A DNA stretch of 64,000 nt from a virus (Duplodnaviria; Caudoviricetes): IMG/VR virus record IMGVR_UViG_3300028832_000118, positions 1 to 64,000 of that record. The stretch is one strand, 5' to 3'. Under the pieces are notes generated by a model. That model did no database searches. It was not told the origin of the DNA and was given only the letters and a program-made list of their open reading frames with translations. Positions 1-10,994 of the stretch are shown here, piece by piece (the stretch's first letter is position 1; every line of letters begins with the position of its first letter). The position numbers and the translations under genes were made by a program.

Positions 1-88
1 TACTAAAAACTTCTTTATTTTTTCAATTTCTGCAAGCTCTATGAAAAGATTGCTGCTAAATTTTAATCTCGACATAATTTATTATTTT

Positions 89-1726
89 TTATTCATATTT
101 ACTAATAACTGTAAAAACATTCACATTATTAAACGGGTATAGGTATTTTTCAATAATTTCAATTAACTCATTACGTCTTATGTTATTGTTGTTAGAACGG
201 AAATAGGTGTGAAAAATGTCAGGACTTTGAATAAATCCTAAACTGAACGCATCTACCCTTCCATCATTTTTGGAAGGCAATATATTTTTACCTCTTACCA
301 GCGGTCTGATATTCAAATTTTTGAAAAATAAATCGGTGCCAGCGTCTGCATTAAATTTTATATAGGGACAAAAGTATTTAGTAGTATTATTATTAAATTT
401 CAAATTAACGAAATCTGAATCATCATTAACCTCGTGAACCGCTATACTCTGATATGAACGCAATATGAAAGTAATTTTATACCAAATAGCATCTTCAAAA
501 ATAGATAAATCTTTATTACTAACAAAAGTATCGCTTATCATACTTTCATCAGTAAGGCAAAAAGCATCGTTAAGCGGCTGCCCATTCTCGTCAAATCCTG
601 ATATTTTTGTTTCAAAATTCATAGAACTTGCATTTTGCGCCTTTGTGAATTCAAAGCTAATTTCATAATCAAGGTTATGGTCGCAAACAAAATTACGACA
701 TAAAAGTTCAAAATATCCGTTAGATAAAAAACCTATTTTAATAATATCGTTATTTAATGTATAAGAGCCTCCCGAAACATCTATGGAATAACTATACCAC
801 GGGAATGAATTCATTCCTCTATAAGCCTTGTTTAATTGCTTACTATCTCCCGTGCCTCTATAAAGAGGGGATGAAGTTCCAATACAAAGCCCTAACCTAT
901 ATTTTTCTATATTTTCATACAGCAGTTCATCGCAAATCCTGCTTCTAACCAATCTCAAAAATTCACCATCAACTTGAAGCGTATCGGAATTTGGCAGCTG
1001 ATACCCTTTATGCTTAAAAATTAACTCCGTGCCTCTATTATGAATTTGAACGTAATAATCCTTTATCATATTCTGCAAATCCACAATATCAATGCTGCCA
1101 TCATTAACGTACAAACCCCATTGCTTAACATATTCTAACAGCAACTCTTCATCGTTAAACAAATTCTCAAAACGCTTATTAAAGCAGATGAGGAGAGCGA
1201 AAAATTTAGCAATGGCTGAAGTCAATGCTATATAGTCTTCATCTTCATCATAGTTTCGGTTTTCGCCACGTTCAATATAGTTAGGCACAACCCCACGGAA
1301 ATACAATTTTTTGAATAGGTTTCGTTCCGCTAAAAGAAGCTCCTGACTTCCAACCATCGGTGCTAACGCTGAGCTCATAAGGGTTGGAGCCTTAAATGGA
1401 TTATCCTGCCAAGTTCCGTTAAAGGTTATATCATTAAAGGTTATAACGCCAGTAGCATCGCTTCCAGCTCTTACGTATCTAATCTGAATATGCAGATAAT
1501 TATCAAACAATCTATATGTCTTTGATGAAAGGTTAGTGACGTTAAGCTCTTTCCAATCATCCCAAAGAACGTCATTAACGCTAGCCCTATACTCTTTTTC
1601 CAAATATCTTTGAGCAGTTATGCCCGTAATATTTTCAACAAAAGAGGTTAGATTTACACTACCACTTGCCTGAATATTTACGTTCACGACTAATTCATCG
1701 CCTATGTTATGTAATTCGTTATCCAT
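89..1726 (-). CDS. Putative baseplate/tail structural protein
   Basis: 545 aa ORF directly downstream of baseplate J-like gene in the tail operon; no catalytic motif recognised. Confidence 0.5.
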   Translation of the reverse strand: MDNELHNIGDELVVNVNIQASGSVNLTSFVENITGITAQRYLEKEYRASVNDVLWDDWKELNVTNLSSKTYRLFDNYLHIQIRYVRAGSDATGVITFNDITFNGTWQDNPFKAPTLMSSALAPMVGSQELLLAERNLFKKLYFRGVVPNYIERGENRNYDEDEDYIALTSAIAKFFALLICFNKRFENLFNDEELLLEYVKQWGLYVNDGSIDIVDLQNMIKDYYVQIHNRGTELIFKHKGYQLPNSDTLQVDGEFLRLVRSRICDELLYENIEKYRLGLCIGTSSPLYRGTGDSKQLNKAYRGMNSFPWYSYSIDVSGGSYTLNNDIIKIGFLSNGYFELLCRNFVCDHNLDYEISFEFTKAQNASSMNFETKISGFDENGQPLNDAFCLTDESMISDTFVSNKDLSIFEDAIWYKITFILRSYQSIAVHEVNDDSDFVNLKFNNNTTKYFCPYIKFNADAGTDLFFKNLNIRPLVRGKNILPSKNDGRVDAFSLGFIQSPDIFHTYFRSNNNNIRRNELIEIIEKYLYPFNNVNVFTVISKYE

Positions 1727-2027
1727 TGTACTCTAAATTTTCGTTATTTAATGTGTAATTGCTTTCCAAATCACCTTCTACGGATATTATCAAATCTCCA
1801 TGCGGATTTAATTCAACAGACGACTTTTCAGCGTCATTAGACACTATTAGTTCACCTTCTATACCTCTTATACCATCAATCTCCATATCTTCTTGTAAAA
1901 CGCTTGTTTTATAGATTGAGGGGTTGGTATTATTGTTAGCGTTCAAGTCAGAAAAACACGTGACTGTAATCTGACCGCTCGCCTGCGTTACTTCCGTATA
2001 TGTTTTTACACTAACTTCTGTTACCAT
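1719..2027 (-). CDS. Hypothetical tail-module protein
   Basis: 102 aa ORF tightly packed between baseplate genes. Confidence 0.5.
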   Translation of the reverse strand: MVTEVSVKTYTEVTQASGQITVTCFSDLNANNNTNPSIYKTSVLQEDMEIDGIRGIEGELIVSNDAEKSSVELNPHGDLIISVEGDLESNYTLNNENLEYNG

Positions 2028-2032
2028 AGCTC

Positions 2033-3229
2033 TTAAATATTTCTCAAAACACCCTCTGAATATTCATAATCATACTCGCTCGGATAATAAACATCACCCA
2101 GCACTCCGTTATTATCAATCACTATATTGCCATTTAGGTTTCTCATTATAAAGCTGCGTATTATTGGCAATTGATGTAATTCTACGTTCATATCGCTTCG
2201 TGGAGAAAAATATTCATCGGGACAATATCTAACACCATCCACTGTTTTAACTGAAAATAGCAGATTTTCCCATTCTACCTTATCACCATACCTCCAATAT
2301 CGGTAATCAAAATTACTCGCCATCTGAACTTGGATATTTTTCCGAACTATATCAACGTCATAGGCTGGGTCAATATCAACTCGGAAATCTACATCTACAT
2401 ACTTCCACTCCACGTTATTTAGCTTAACGGAATAATCAGTATTATTCAGCCTCATTAGCTCGTTCAGGGAAAGATATTCAAGAGAACGTGCAAGCATATC
2501 ATCAAACTCTTGCGGAGTGAAATCAACCCCATTATTAGATACAACATAAAGATTTATCTTGCCATCTGCATCGTAACCGCCTTTAATAACACGCAACACT
2601 CTTTCATTGATACGCATAAAAACCTGCTCAATATAGGACAACGTGGTGCGTGCTAATTGATTCACACTTTCTTTGATACGCTTTCTGAAGCTCTCGTCAT
2701 CCTCCTCATCTAAACCTCCAACAGCCCTAAATTCATTAAAGCATTGAATATGTCCGCTCGGTGCAGGGCTTACGCTCGTTATAGTAAGGGGACTAACATT
2801 GGCAGACAACCCAGCTGAATTACTGCTAACTTTAATTAGTGCATACCCGTTAGCATCTATTGTTACATCGTCATTTTGCGTAAATACAACCCCTTCGGTA
2901 CTTGTGTAAGTCGTACCCGTTAAATAGGTCGTTCCAGGCTCTGCAATTACACGTACATAAGTCGTGCTGCCCTGCGCCCCGTGTCTTGGTGATATTCCCC
3001 TTAACTGAGCCAAGGCATCAAGATATTCACCATAAGCCGTATCGGGGAATATATGCCCCTCAACTATACTTTGATTCATAAGACACTTCTGCGCCATTTT
3101 AGCACAACCAAAGGCAATGCCATTCAAAACAGACTCATTGCTTACATCCGTAACCTTATCTGTCTTATTGAGCAGCACCTCTATGAATATCTGCTTCAAA
3201 AAATCGCTGTTATATACTTTCGTTATCAT
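2033..3229 (-). CDS. Baseplate J-like wedge protein
   Basis: AYGEYLDALAQLRGISPR, GGLDEEDDESFRKRI patterns typical of baseplate J; position in myovirus tail module. Confidence 0.85.
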   Translation of the reverse strand: MITKVYNSDFLKQIFIEVLLNKTDKVTDVSNESVLNGIAFGCAKMAQKCLMNQSIVEGHIFPDTAYGEYLDALAQLRGISPRHGAQGSTTYVRVIAEPGTTYLTGTTYTSTEGVVFTQNDDVTIDANGYALIKVSSNSAGLSANVSPLTITSVSPAPSGHIQCFNEFRAVGGLDEEDDESFRKRIKESVNQLARTTLSYIEQVFMRINERVLRVIKGGYDADGKINLYVVSNNGVDFTPQEFDDMLARSLEYLSLNELMRLNNTDYSVKLNNVEWKYVDVDFRVDIDPAYDVDIVRKNIQVQMASNFDYRYWRYGDKVEWENLLFSVKTVDGVRYCPDEYFSPRSDMNVELHQLPIIRSFIMRNLNGNIVIDNNGVLGDVYYPSEYDYEYSEGVLRNI

Positions 3230-4143
3230 ATGTTTAGATTTTGAATTAAAGAATAATCGTACTTTGTTTTTATATTTACTTCAATCTCCAAGCTATCGCC
3301 ATTAAACTTCAAATTGTAAATCTCTATGCCGCTAAATATATCATCCTGCAAAAAGTTATTTTCAATCTGAGTGAAAATTTCATGATACGAAAAAGATTTT
3401 ACATTAGAGCCCAAGAACTTATTATCAACACCAAAATCCACTATTTCAGGGACATCCCCCTTCTTCAAATTCAAAAGCACAAGGCTCTTTTGCTTTATAT
3501 TTTCCAAATACTTAACAATCTCCAAATCGTTTTGCTCAAATGCAATCTTTTTGGATATATCCTTACCATATACGTTATCACCCTTCAAAACATCAATTAT
3601 GGTGTTTACTTGCACGGAAACAGAATTGGTAGTGTACTTAACCTGCTTCAACTCGTCAATCTCCCAATCCGTTTCTTCAATATCGTTATTACGCATAATA
3701 TCAACCCAAGAAGCCTCGTTGTCAAAGTTATCGTATTTTAACTCATTTTCAACATCCTCAAAGGTCTTCATACCCCCTACGCTGCCCGTAATCTCTTTCA
3801 CGGGCTTGTATCCATTTACTGTCTTGGTAACGTGATAATATTTAGGCAGCTTGGCAATTTTATTTATGTTATCGTTAAGGCTCTCTAAATAATCCAGCAG
3901 CTCCCAAAATCCACAATCGTTCATCTTATTGCTAAAATTATTCACCACACTGATTAAATTAGCATTATCTTCAATCAAACTTGATAGCATCTGCAATTTA
4001 TCATTATCTATTGAAGTTGTAGAGCCTGAAAAATATGCCTTCAAATCCGTTAAACAATTTTCATTGAAATACGAATATTTTTCAAGAAAAAATATCAACG
4101 GATATTTCGTTATCTTTTGAAATTCTATTATTTTTCTATACAT
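3226..4143 (-). CDS. Baseplate wedge protein (C-terminal gp25/W-like region)
   Basis: Precedes baseplate J; C-terminal LKKGDVPEIVDFGV segment resembles gp25-like wedge subunits. Confidence 0.55.
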   Translation of the reverse strand: MYRKIIEFQKITKYPLIFFLEKYSYFNENCLTDLKAYFSGSTTSIDNDKLQMLSSLIEDNANLISVVNNFSNKMNDCGFWELLDYLESLNDNINKIAKLPKYYHVTKTVNGYKPVKEITGSVGGMKTFEDVENELKYDNFDNEASWVDIMRNNDIEETDWEIDELKQVKYTTNSVSVQVNTIIDVLKGDNVYGKDISKKIAFEQNDLEIVKYLENIKQKSLVLLNLKKGDVPEIVDFGVDNKFLGSNVKSFSYHEIFTQIENNFLQDDIFSGIEIYNLKFNGDSLEIEVNIKTKYDYSLIQNLNI

Positions 4144-4144
4144 A

Positions 4145-4981
4145 TTATCCTCTATTGCTTATTTTGAAATTCTGCTTCAAACCAACATAACCTTTAACTG
4201 GAGTTTCATCTAAATCGCTATTACGTTCAGACTTGTTATACAAACCATATGTATTCAGGTGCAAGTTTACATCCTTTAACACATTAGTTATCCCGTTATT
4301 AGATATAGTTTTCAAAAAATTATTCACTAAATCTTCAACCTTCTCTTTTTTATCCCTATAATCATACCATTCTCCAATAGCGGTCATATTTACATTATAA
4401 AACCACATAAAATTGTTTTCGGTAGATATATTAAAATCAAACCCCATTATATTAACATAATAGTGCGAATTGAAAGTATAGTTATGAAATATAAGGTGAT
4501 AATATTCCCTATGCGAACACTCTACAATCTTTTGCAGCATCTTAATAGCTCCATACCCCGTCTTAATCAAAATTTCACTATCAAAAAACGCACCGACATT
4601 ACCACTCAAAAGTTTCCTAAAACCAACTTCAGTGTTTATCTCTTTGGAATTAGTAAGAAGCCGCAATTTACGACCAAATGTACCCTGAATAGATATATTG
4701 AACGGATTAAAAGAGTCATTCACAACAGTATAAAAACCACCTATCGTTTTAACATTTGAAATAATAGGCTGCTTTTGCTCAGCAATATTATTTGGCAATA
4801 CATCAAATAAAAGATAGGCAACCATATTATCATTATCATCCCTTAACTCAAAAGCGCATCGGTAATATTCAAAGTTATCAGGCGCAACCATATTCAAAGC
4901 CTCACCGCCTACAGCTGCTAATGACTCCCTTAAAGCTCTGAGCTGCCCTAATCCTAACCGCTTCAAAAATTGTGTTTCCAT
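4145..4981 (-). CDS. Tail/baseplate protein (tube-initiator-like)
   Basis: 278 aa, between spike and wedge genes; NISIQGTFG motif. Confidence 0.45.
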   Translation of the reverse strand: METQFLKRLGLGQLRALRESLAAVGGEALNMVAPDNFEYYRCAFELRDDNDNMVAYLLFDVLPNNIAEQKQPIISNVKTIGGFYTVVNDSFNPFNISIQGTFGRKLRLLTNSKEINTEVGFRKLLSGNVGAFFDSEILIKTGYGAIKMLQKIVECSHREYYHLIFHNYTFNSHYYVNIMGFDFNISTENNFMWFYNVNMTAIGEWYDYRDKKEKVEDLVNNFLKTISNNGITNVLKDVNLHLNTYGLYNKSERNSDLDETPVKGYVGLKQNFKISNRG

Positions 4982-4982
4982 A

Positions 4983-5933
4983 TTACTCTAATTTAGATTT
5001 TTGAGACAGAACATTATCAAGCTGTGCCGCTATCGCTTGAATGCTTGATGCATTAATCGGAATGGATGACGTACCTCCTGAGGGTGGGCACGTTACAGTT
5101 ATAGCGGACACCACATTTATCAAATTGTTTAATAACTGTTTTAACTCATTGCCTAAAACCATAGGGGTGGTGCCTGCGTTATGTATCACCTTACCATCTG
5201 CCTCTAACTTTATATCCTTATCGCTCTTTATTCTTACACCATAATTATTTGCCCGTATTTCGTTTGAAAACTCATCTTTATACGTTAGCCCATCATTTAT
5301 CTTATAGCCTAATTCTGCGCTTGTTTCATCGTCTTTGTATATCGTTACCCTGACTTCATCCCCCGTTATAGCGGTTAATGACTTTTCGGCTTCAATATTC
5401 ACTTCGTTATCGGTATAGATATTTATTTTTGAACCCTTGTTTTTAGATATTACTTTTATGTTATAATTCGCTGGAGTATCGTTATCGCCTGATAATATTA
5501 CACTATACATAGCGTTTTTAGCGTCATACACCACATTTACACTCTTATCCCTATACTCTTTATACACACGTGCCTGAGCTTCCTTTAATTCAAAGAATTC
5601 ACCATCCTCGTTAAATATAGAGGTAATGATTGGGCATTGAGAATAATCGTTCATAACCCAAAACACTGGAGAGCCAAATAAGTCATCATCTACGTTTGTT
5701 GGAAATCTTATTTCCTGAAGCACCCGTTTATCAACAAGCACATCAGGCAAAACCCCATAGAAATGACCGCCCGCTATTGTTACCCTGCTTGTAGAATAGC
5801 AATTTTTTATGTATTCATCCCTATCTACTTCAATAGGCACGATAACAAAGCCTATGCCTGAAATACCAGCTCCAGCTTCTATGCTATTTATCTTTAATCT
5901 TTTATTCCTTATCATATTAAAAATTATTACCAA
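4983..5933 (-). CDS. Baseplate central spike (gpV/gp45-like); start may be a few codons downstream
   Basis: Beta-repeat middle region and C-terminal MVLGNELKQLL...TCPPSGGTSSIPIN tip typical of spikes. Confidence 0.65.
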   Translation of the reverse strand: MVIIFNMIRNKRLKINSIEAGAGISGIGFVIVPIEVDRDEYIKNCYSTSRVTIAGGHFYGVLPDVLVDKRVLQEIRFPTNVDDDLFGSPVFWVMNDYSQCPIITSIFNEDGEFFELKEAQARVYKEYRDKSVNVVYDAKNAMYSVILSGDNDTPANYNIKVISKNKGSKINIYTDNEVNIEAEKSLTAITGDEVRVTIYKDDETSAELGYKINDGLTYKDEFSNEIRANNYGVRIKSDKDIKLEADGKVIHNAGTTPMVLGNELKQLLNNLINVVSAITVTCPPSGGTSSIPINASSIQAIAAQLDNVLSQKSKLE

Positions 5934-7459
5934 AATCTATCGTTATCTTCAGAATGTCTCAGGAAAAAACCAAAGCTATCATAATTTACCTTCCATGAAG
6001 ATAATAGCTCAGGCCAATCGGCAAATTTTATCTTATTTACAAGTTCATCAAAATTACCAAAATCTATGATATTAAAATAGCTAATTCTATCGCCATTAGG
6101 CAACACATTTTCTTCAATATATCTAACGTCCATGCCGTGCGACAACGACAGCTGGGTTGTCATATTTCCGTTAAAATCTAAATTATGCCCAACTCCCTCA
6201 ACATAGAATTTTCTCCCGTTAAACGTAACAAAGGTGCCTCGCTTTATAGGTCTTATTCCAAAAAGCACTACGTCAGCATTGTATAAAAATGGATTATAAG
6301 CATTTGATTCAATTATGTATCTAAAATCCAAAAGAGCGTTACGGATTACAAAATTAGCCTGCCCGCCATCTTTATTATTCTTGCCAGCATAAGCATAAGT
6401 GTAGTAATTACTCTGCACGCTGAGCGGCTTGCTGCCCCACATTTCGGCATACTCTTTGAAAAAAACCGCTGGAACATACTGCTGTAGTTGCGGTGCTACT
6501 AATAATTCCGCTTGCGGTATATATTGATACCAAGAATAGATATTAGCTGTATTTTTAGTGATAGAGTATTTGATAACATCCTTCATTTCTATTTCATACG
6601 CTACTTTTGAAGTTCTAACTCCTACTGAATCAAATGGCGGCTTACGTACAAAAAAATAATATTGACTTCCAATCGTATCTCCAAAAAATTCAACCATAGG
6701 TTTTTGGCAAACTTTATTAAAAAAGTTTGCGAGAGAACCAGTCATAGTAGATATGCTGCTGTCATAAACCTGCTTATCCCTAACATCCTTATCAATCAAA
6801 ACCTTAACTATTTGCCAAATTCCATTAGCATATTTTTTTTCATAAACATACTCATTCTCGGTTTCCCATTCCGTTGCAGAATTATCAATTTGATTACTCG
6901 GTACCAAAAAAGATACTTCCTGTTTATTGAATTCATTCGCCCCTACATTTCCCGTTAAATTTTCATTTAGCCAATTTATAGGGTTAATAGCATGGGTTGA
7001 ATCAGTGTAAGTTATTCCCCTACCGACATTTTTATGAATTTCAAGATGCAGATGCGCCCCCGTACTACTGCCAGCCGTTGGGTCAGTTTTATCACCGCCC
7101 GTATAGCCTAATATAGTGACACCAGCCTTAACCTCCGTACCACTTCTAATGCCATCGGCTTTTTTAGTCAGGTGCATAAATACTATTTGATATTTTTCAC
7201 CACTGCCATTCGTATAAACCATCCATCCATATAAACCAGCTCCAATTACTTTGCCGCTACTATCTTTTTGTATGTTGTAATTCCCCCAAATCCCGTCAAA
7301 AGGGGCATAAATAGGAGTTCCCGAAGCTACGGCAATATCTATGCCATAATGCGGCTTCATTTTATGTGTAATAGGGTGCTCACGCATTCCGTATGGAGAT
7401 GAAATGCGTAAAGATGTTTTACCACCAAGCCAACCTTCTTTGAATTTATTATCGGGCAT
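5927..7459 (-). CDS. Virion-associated M23 peptidase fused to baseplate hub C-terminal region
   Basis: SSPYGMR, HYGIDIA (HxxxD), STGAHLHLE (HxH) M23 motifs in the first ~170 aa; hub-like VRKPPFD and YVEGVGH afterwards. Confidence 0.8.
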   Translation of the reverse strand: MPDNKFKEGWLGGKTSLRISSPYGMREHPITHKMKPHYGIDIAVASGTPIYAPFDGIWGNYNIQKDSSGKVIGAGLYGWMVYTNGSGEKYQIVFMHLTKKADGIRSGTEVKAGVTILGYTGGDKTDPTAGSSTGAHLHLEIHKNVGRGITYTDSTHAINPINWLNENLTGNVGANEFNKQEVSFLVPSNQIDNSATEWETENEYVYEKKYANGIWQIVKVLIDKDVRDKQVYDSSISTMTGSLANFFNKVCQKPMVEFFGDTIGSQYYFFVRKPPFDSVGVRTSKVAYEIEMKDVIKYSITKNTANIYSWYQYIPQAELLVAPQLQQYVPAVFFKEYAEMWGSKPLSVQSNYYTYAYAGKNNKDGGQANFVIRNALLDFRYIIESNAYNPFLYNADVVLFGIRPIKRGTFVTFNGRKFYVEGVGHNLDFNGNMTTQLSLSHGMDVRYIEENVLPNGDRISYFNIIDFGNFDELVNKIKFADWPELLSSWKVNYDSFGFFLRHSEDNDRFW

Positions 7460-7464
7460 AATCT

Positions 7465-8679
7465 TTATTTTTTAGTTTGAAAATCTGTTTTTTTAGTTCT
7501 TTCATCTCCCCAAGGCTCAAATAAAGAGTCAGGCGCCACGCTTATATTAGCCAGCCTGCCTATCGTGCCTAAAATTACAGTAGCAATATCAAGGTACCTT
7601 AAATAAAACATATTCAATTGTCCATAAGGCAAACGCAATCTGTCAAATGGCTTCCCGTTAAAAACATTATCAATATCTTGAACATCACCGCCAGCCCTTC
7701 CCTTTACATTATTAAACATATCGCTATCAACATCGTTTGTTGCAGATACATTAAAGAAAAAAGAGCCGTCATCCCGTATAAGTTTCATAAGGTCGCTGCC
7801 ATTGATAGACACGTTCACATTAGCGTTAGCATCTATACTAACATCAACACTATCTACTAAACCAATCATATCATAACTATTATCCTGCACTTTATACTCA
7901 TCTGATGTATTATAATTGCTTGATAATCTTATTAAAAATATATCATTTATATTAAACAATTTCAAAACATCATCGCGTATAGTTTTTTTATCAATATCAT
8001 ATTTTCTCCCGAAATAATTGAAAAGATAGTAATTAAAATCAGAATAATTAGCAACATTAGAAAAATCCTCACTAATAGTTATTTTATGATTTTCGATTTG
8101 TAAATAAGGGGAAAGTGAAAAACCTATATTTAGATTAAATGTTCCGCCTGAAGCTGATACATTTGTAGATATTGATTTAATAAAATCGTTAGTTAAAAGA
8201 TAAAATTTAATAAATTCATTCAAATTATTGTGAATCAATTTATCTCCATATTTAGACATATACAACGTCTTTTTAGGATAATAAAAAACAGCCGCATCGG
8301 GTGAAAGTTTAACACTATCCTTATCATATTTATACAAATTAGATACGTTATCAACAATAAAATTATCAACTGAATTAGATTTAACATAAGCATTAGTGTT
8401 TTTTATAATCAATTCAATATCTACATTCTTTGCATCTGTTTTTAGCTCACACGGGCATGGCAAAAAAGTATCAAGAGTCAAATCATTTTCAGTGATAGCG
8501 GTATATTTACCTAAATCGCTCTGCACCTTTAATTTTTCGCTAAAAGTAAGCTGGGAAAACACTAACCATCTATTCTCCTCCAAGAATTCATCGGGGTTCA
8601 CTTTAATATTAGTGTTTTTATCTAAAAACTCCCTTAAACTCTTGCAATTACTATCATCATTAAATAGCTTTATATCCAT
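7465..8679 (-). CDS. Baseplate hub N-terminal-like protein
   Basis: MIGLVDSVDVSI...VSINGSDLMKL pattern of hub proteins; follows tape measure. Confidence 0.5.
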   Translation of the reverse strand: MDIKLFNDDSNCKSLREFLDKNTNIKVNPDEFLEENRWLVFSQLTFSEKLKVQSDLGKYTAITENDLTLDTFLPCPCELKTDAKNVDIELIIKNTNAYVKSNSVDNFIVDNVSNLYKYDKDSVKLSPDAAVFYYPKKTLYMSKYGDKLIHNNLNEFIKFYLLTNDFIKSISTNVSASGGTFNLNIGFSLSPYLQIENHKITISEDFSNVANYSDFNYYLFNYFGRKYDIDKKTIRDDVLKLFNINDIFLIRLSSNYNTSDEYKVQDNSYDMIGLVDSVDVSIDANANVNVSINGSDLMKLIRDDGSFFFNVSATNDVDSDMFNNVKGRAGGDVQDIDNVFNGKPFDRLRLPYGQLNMFYLRYLDIATVILGTIGRLANISVAPDSLFEPWGDERTKKTDFQTKK

Positions 8680-8683
8680 AGCA

Positions 8684-10687
8684 TTACATATCTTCTAATT
8701 TTCTCCAAATTCTTGATAACCAGTCTGAAATTTCATTTCCAACCTGCGTAACTTGATTAACGTATAAATCGGCATTACCAACTCTCCATTTCATCCATTC
8801 GTCACCTACATTACCCCAATTGCCGTTACGATTGTAATCAAACTTTGATTCACCCGTTAATATTCTTAAATACTCATCCCTCCTATCGGGCGCCATTCCT
8901 GGCAAAAGCTGCTTAAATGCGAAATAACCCATTTCAGTGTCAGTACCACCATATAAATCGGTTATTTTCTTAACAACTTTTTGCATTATCTCTAATTCGT
9001 TCTCAGGATTTATGATATATCTATCAATTTTAGACAAATCATTAGTCCCCAGTATTTTTCCAACTTCTCCATAAATCAATGCCTGCATTCTATCGTTAGC
9101 AGGATTTTGAATCATATTTTGAATTGTTTGAATATCGCTAATAGTTCTTTCATCAAATAAATTAGATGACCAATTTTCGTCACCATTATAATTAGCGGCT
9201 AATGTCCCAAGCAAATTAGCGGCTGGTACCATATTAGCTAATGAGTTACTTCTACCACTATAAGATTGTAAAATTGATTCATAAGCATTTAATACAGTTT
9301 TTGCATTAGATTTATCTTTTGTCGTAAAACCTTCAAAACTACCAGTCAATCTGCCCATAGCATAAGCAGGCTGAAAAAAATCAGATTTACCAACTGCACC
9401 TCTGCTGTATTTAGTCAATGCCGCCAGCTCTCCTCTTTGAAGCCCAATATCTCTTTCCGTTGCTAATAAGGCTAATGTTTGATTTTTCCAATTTCCACTT
9501 CTAACACCTCCTGCTACGGAATAGTTTATAGCTGCTTGAGAAAAATCTTTTAACTCCATTCCCAAATCTGTATATGATAATCCTACAAACGGCTCTATTG
9601 CCTTTTCATCAACTTGAAATTTTGAATAATCTCCACCAACACCACCAAGAATAGCCCAAAGTTCTGAAACATCATCCCCCTCTCTGACACTATCTAAAAT
9701 ACCCTTCGACACCCCCATCGCTAAACCTATCCAGCCTAACGCTCTACGGGCTGCAACCTTACCCATACCACTTGCTAAAACAGCAGCGTTAGCAAAATTT
9801 CCAACTCCACCAACTAAATCACCTTGTTGTAATGACGAAAAAGCACCGCTTATATTTTGAGTCATCATATAAGTGCGCATTTCATCAAAATCATCCTTTT
9901 TCTTTCCGCTCATAACACGTGAAATCTTGCTGTTCACGTCATTAATTTTCGCTTGAGCAGCAATAGCTTCCTCTTCAGTTGTAGCTGAATCACGTTCTAA
10001 TATCAATTGCTTTCTCTCCTCTTTAAGCTGCCCAAGGTAGGAGCGTGGCGCCCCTGATTCAGCCTCCCGTTCAAAATAAGCGGTTAATTGCCTCATCCGT
10101 TCGGCCAACTCCTTATCTACAGCCAACCTCTCTTCTTCAGCTTTTCTTAACAAATCATCGTTCTTTCCACCCCCCCTTTCAACTCTTGCCTCATCTTCTT
10201 TATTCCTTTGAACCGCCTGAGCATAAAACTGAGAAAATTCAAAATTAGCATCAAGGTCAGGAGTATCAGCAGCAGTGCGTCTGTAATTTATATACGCATT
10301 GGCTAATCGTTGCTTTTTACGTTGCTCCAAAGCCTCTTTTTCACTATTCTTTAATTCACTGCTCAAAGCATCATATTTATCGTTAATGCTTTGATTTGCG
10401 CTTTTACGTTGACTTTGCGTATATTCATCAATAATCTTGTGCATACTTTGAGAGCCTGGCACAAGCATGACGCCTCTTTGCCGCATTTCCCTACGTATAT
10501 CTTCAATCATTCTCTCGTTAGATGGTAGCATTGAAGCTCCACCCGTATTGCCGCCTAATGTAGCTCCAGCACTTATACCAGCATTTTGAGGCTGATTATT
10601 TCCCTGAGGGGTATTTATACCACCCCCGTTATTTCCACCGCCTCCTGACGCTGGAATGCCCTGAATATTTATATTAGTTGTCCCCAT
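8684..10687 (-). CDS. Tape measure-like protein
   Basis: Helical/coiled-coil and Gly/Ala-rich 667 aa ORF after tail chaperone pair. Confidence 0.6.
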   Translation of the reverse strand: MGTTNINIQGIPASGGGGNNGGGINTPQGNNQPQNAGISAGATLGGNTGGASMLPSNERMIEDIRREMRQRGVMLVPGSQSMHKIIDEYTQSQRKSANQSINDKYDALSSELKNSEKEALEQRKKQRLANAYINYRRTAADTPDLDANFEFSQFYAQAVQRNKEDEARVERGGGKNDDLLRKAEEERLAVDKELAERMRQLTAYFEREAESGAPRSYLGQLKEERKQLILERDSATTEEEAIAAQAKINDVNSKISRVMSGKKKDDFDEMRTYMMTQNISGAFSSLQQGDLVGGVGNFANAAVLASGMGKVAARRALGWIGLAMGVSKGILDSVREGDDVSELWAILGGVGGDYSKFQVDEKAIEPFVGLSYTDLGMELKDFSQAAINYSVAGGVRSGNWKNQTLALLATERDIGLQRGELAALTKYSRGAVGKSDFFQPAYAMGRLTGSFEGFTTKDKSNAKTVLNAYESILQSYSGRSNSLANMVPAANLLGTLAANYNGDENWSSNLFDERTISDIQTIQNMIQNPANDRMQALIYGEVGKILGTNDLSKIDRYIINPENELEIMQKVVKKITDLYGGTDTEMGYFAFKQLLPGMAPDRRDEYLRILTGESKFDYNRNGNWGNVGDEWMKWRVGNADLYVNQVTQVGNEISDWLSRIWRKLEDM

Positions 10688-10994
10688 CTTTGCTAAACTT
10701 GCTTAAATCTAAATTATCGTAATCTTCATCAATTTCAGCCTGAGTCATTTTCACTACATTTACCCCCTTCTTACCAATTCCAAAATATCTCTCCTGCATT
10801 TCCTCCTCCTCTCTATCCCTGCCTTCTAATTCTTTGGTAATCTCTATATCTTCACGATATTCAATTGCCATATCTATCCAAGACATTTCCCTATGAGCGG
10901 TAGAATTAAAGGCGACATTATGTTTATGCCGCCACCAGTAATCAATCGGAAATTTATTCCAATCAATCAAAAAATTCTTAATCGCCTTGTTCAT
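10674..10994 (-). CDS. Tail assembly chaperone-like protein
   Basis: Between tube and tape measure genes; overlaps upstream chaperone by 17 nt. Confidence 0.5.
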   Translation of the reverse strand: MNKAIKNFLIDWNKFPIDYWWRHKHNVAFNSTAHREMSWIDMAIEYREDIEITKELEGRDREEEEMQERYFGIGKKGVNVVKMTQAEIDEDYDNLDLSKFSKDGDN

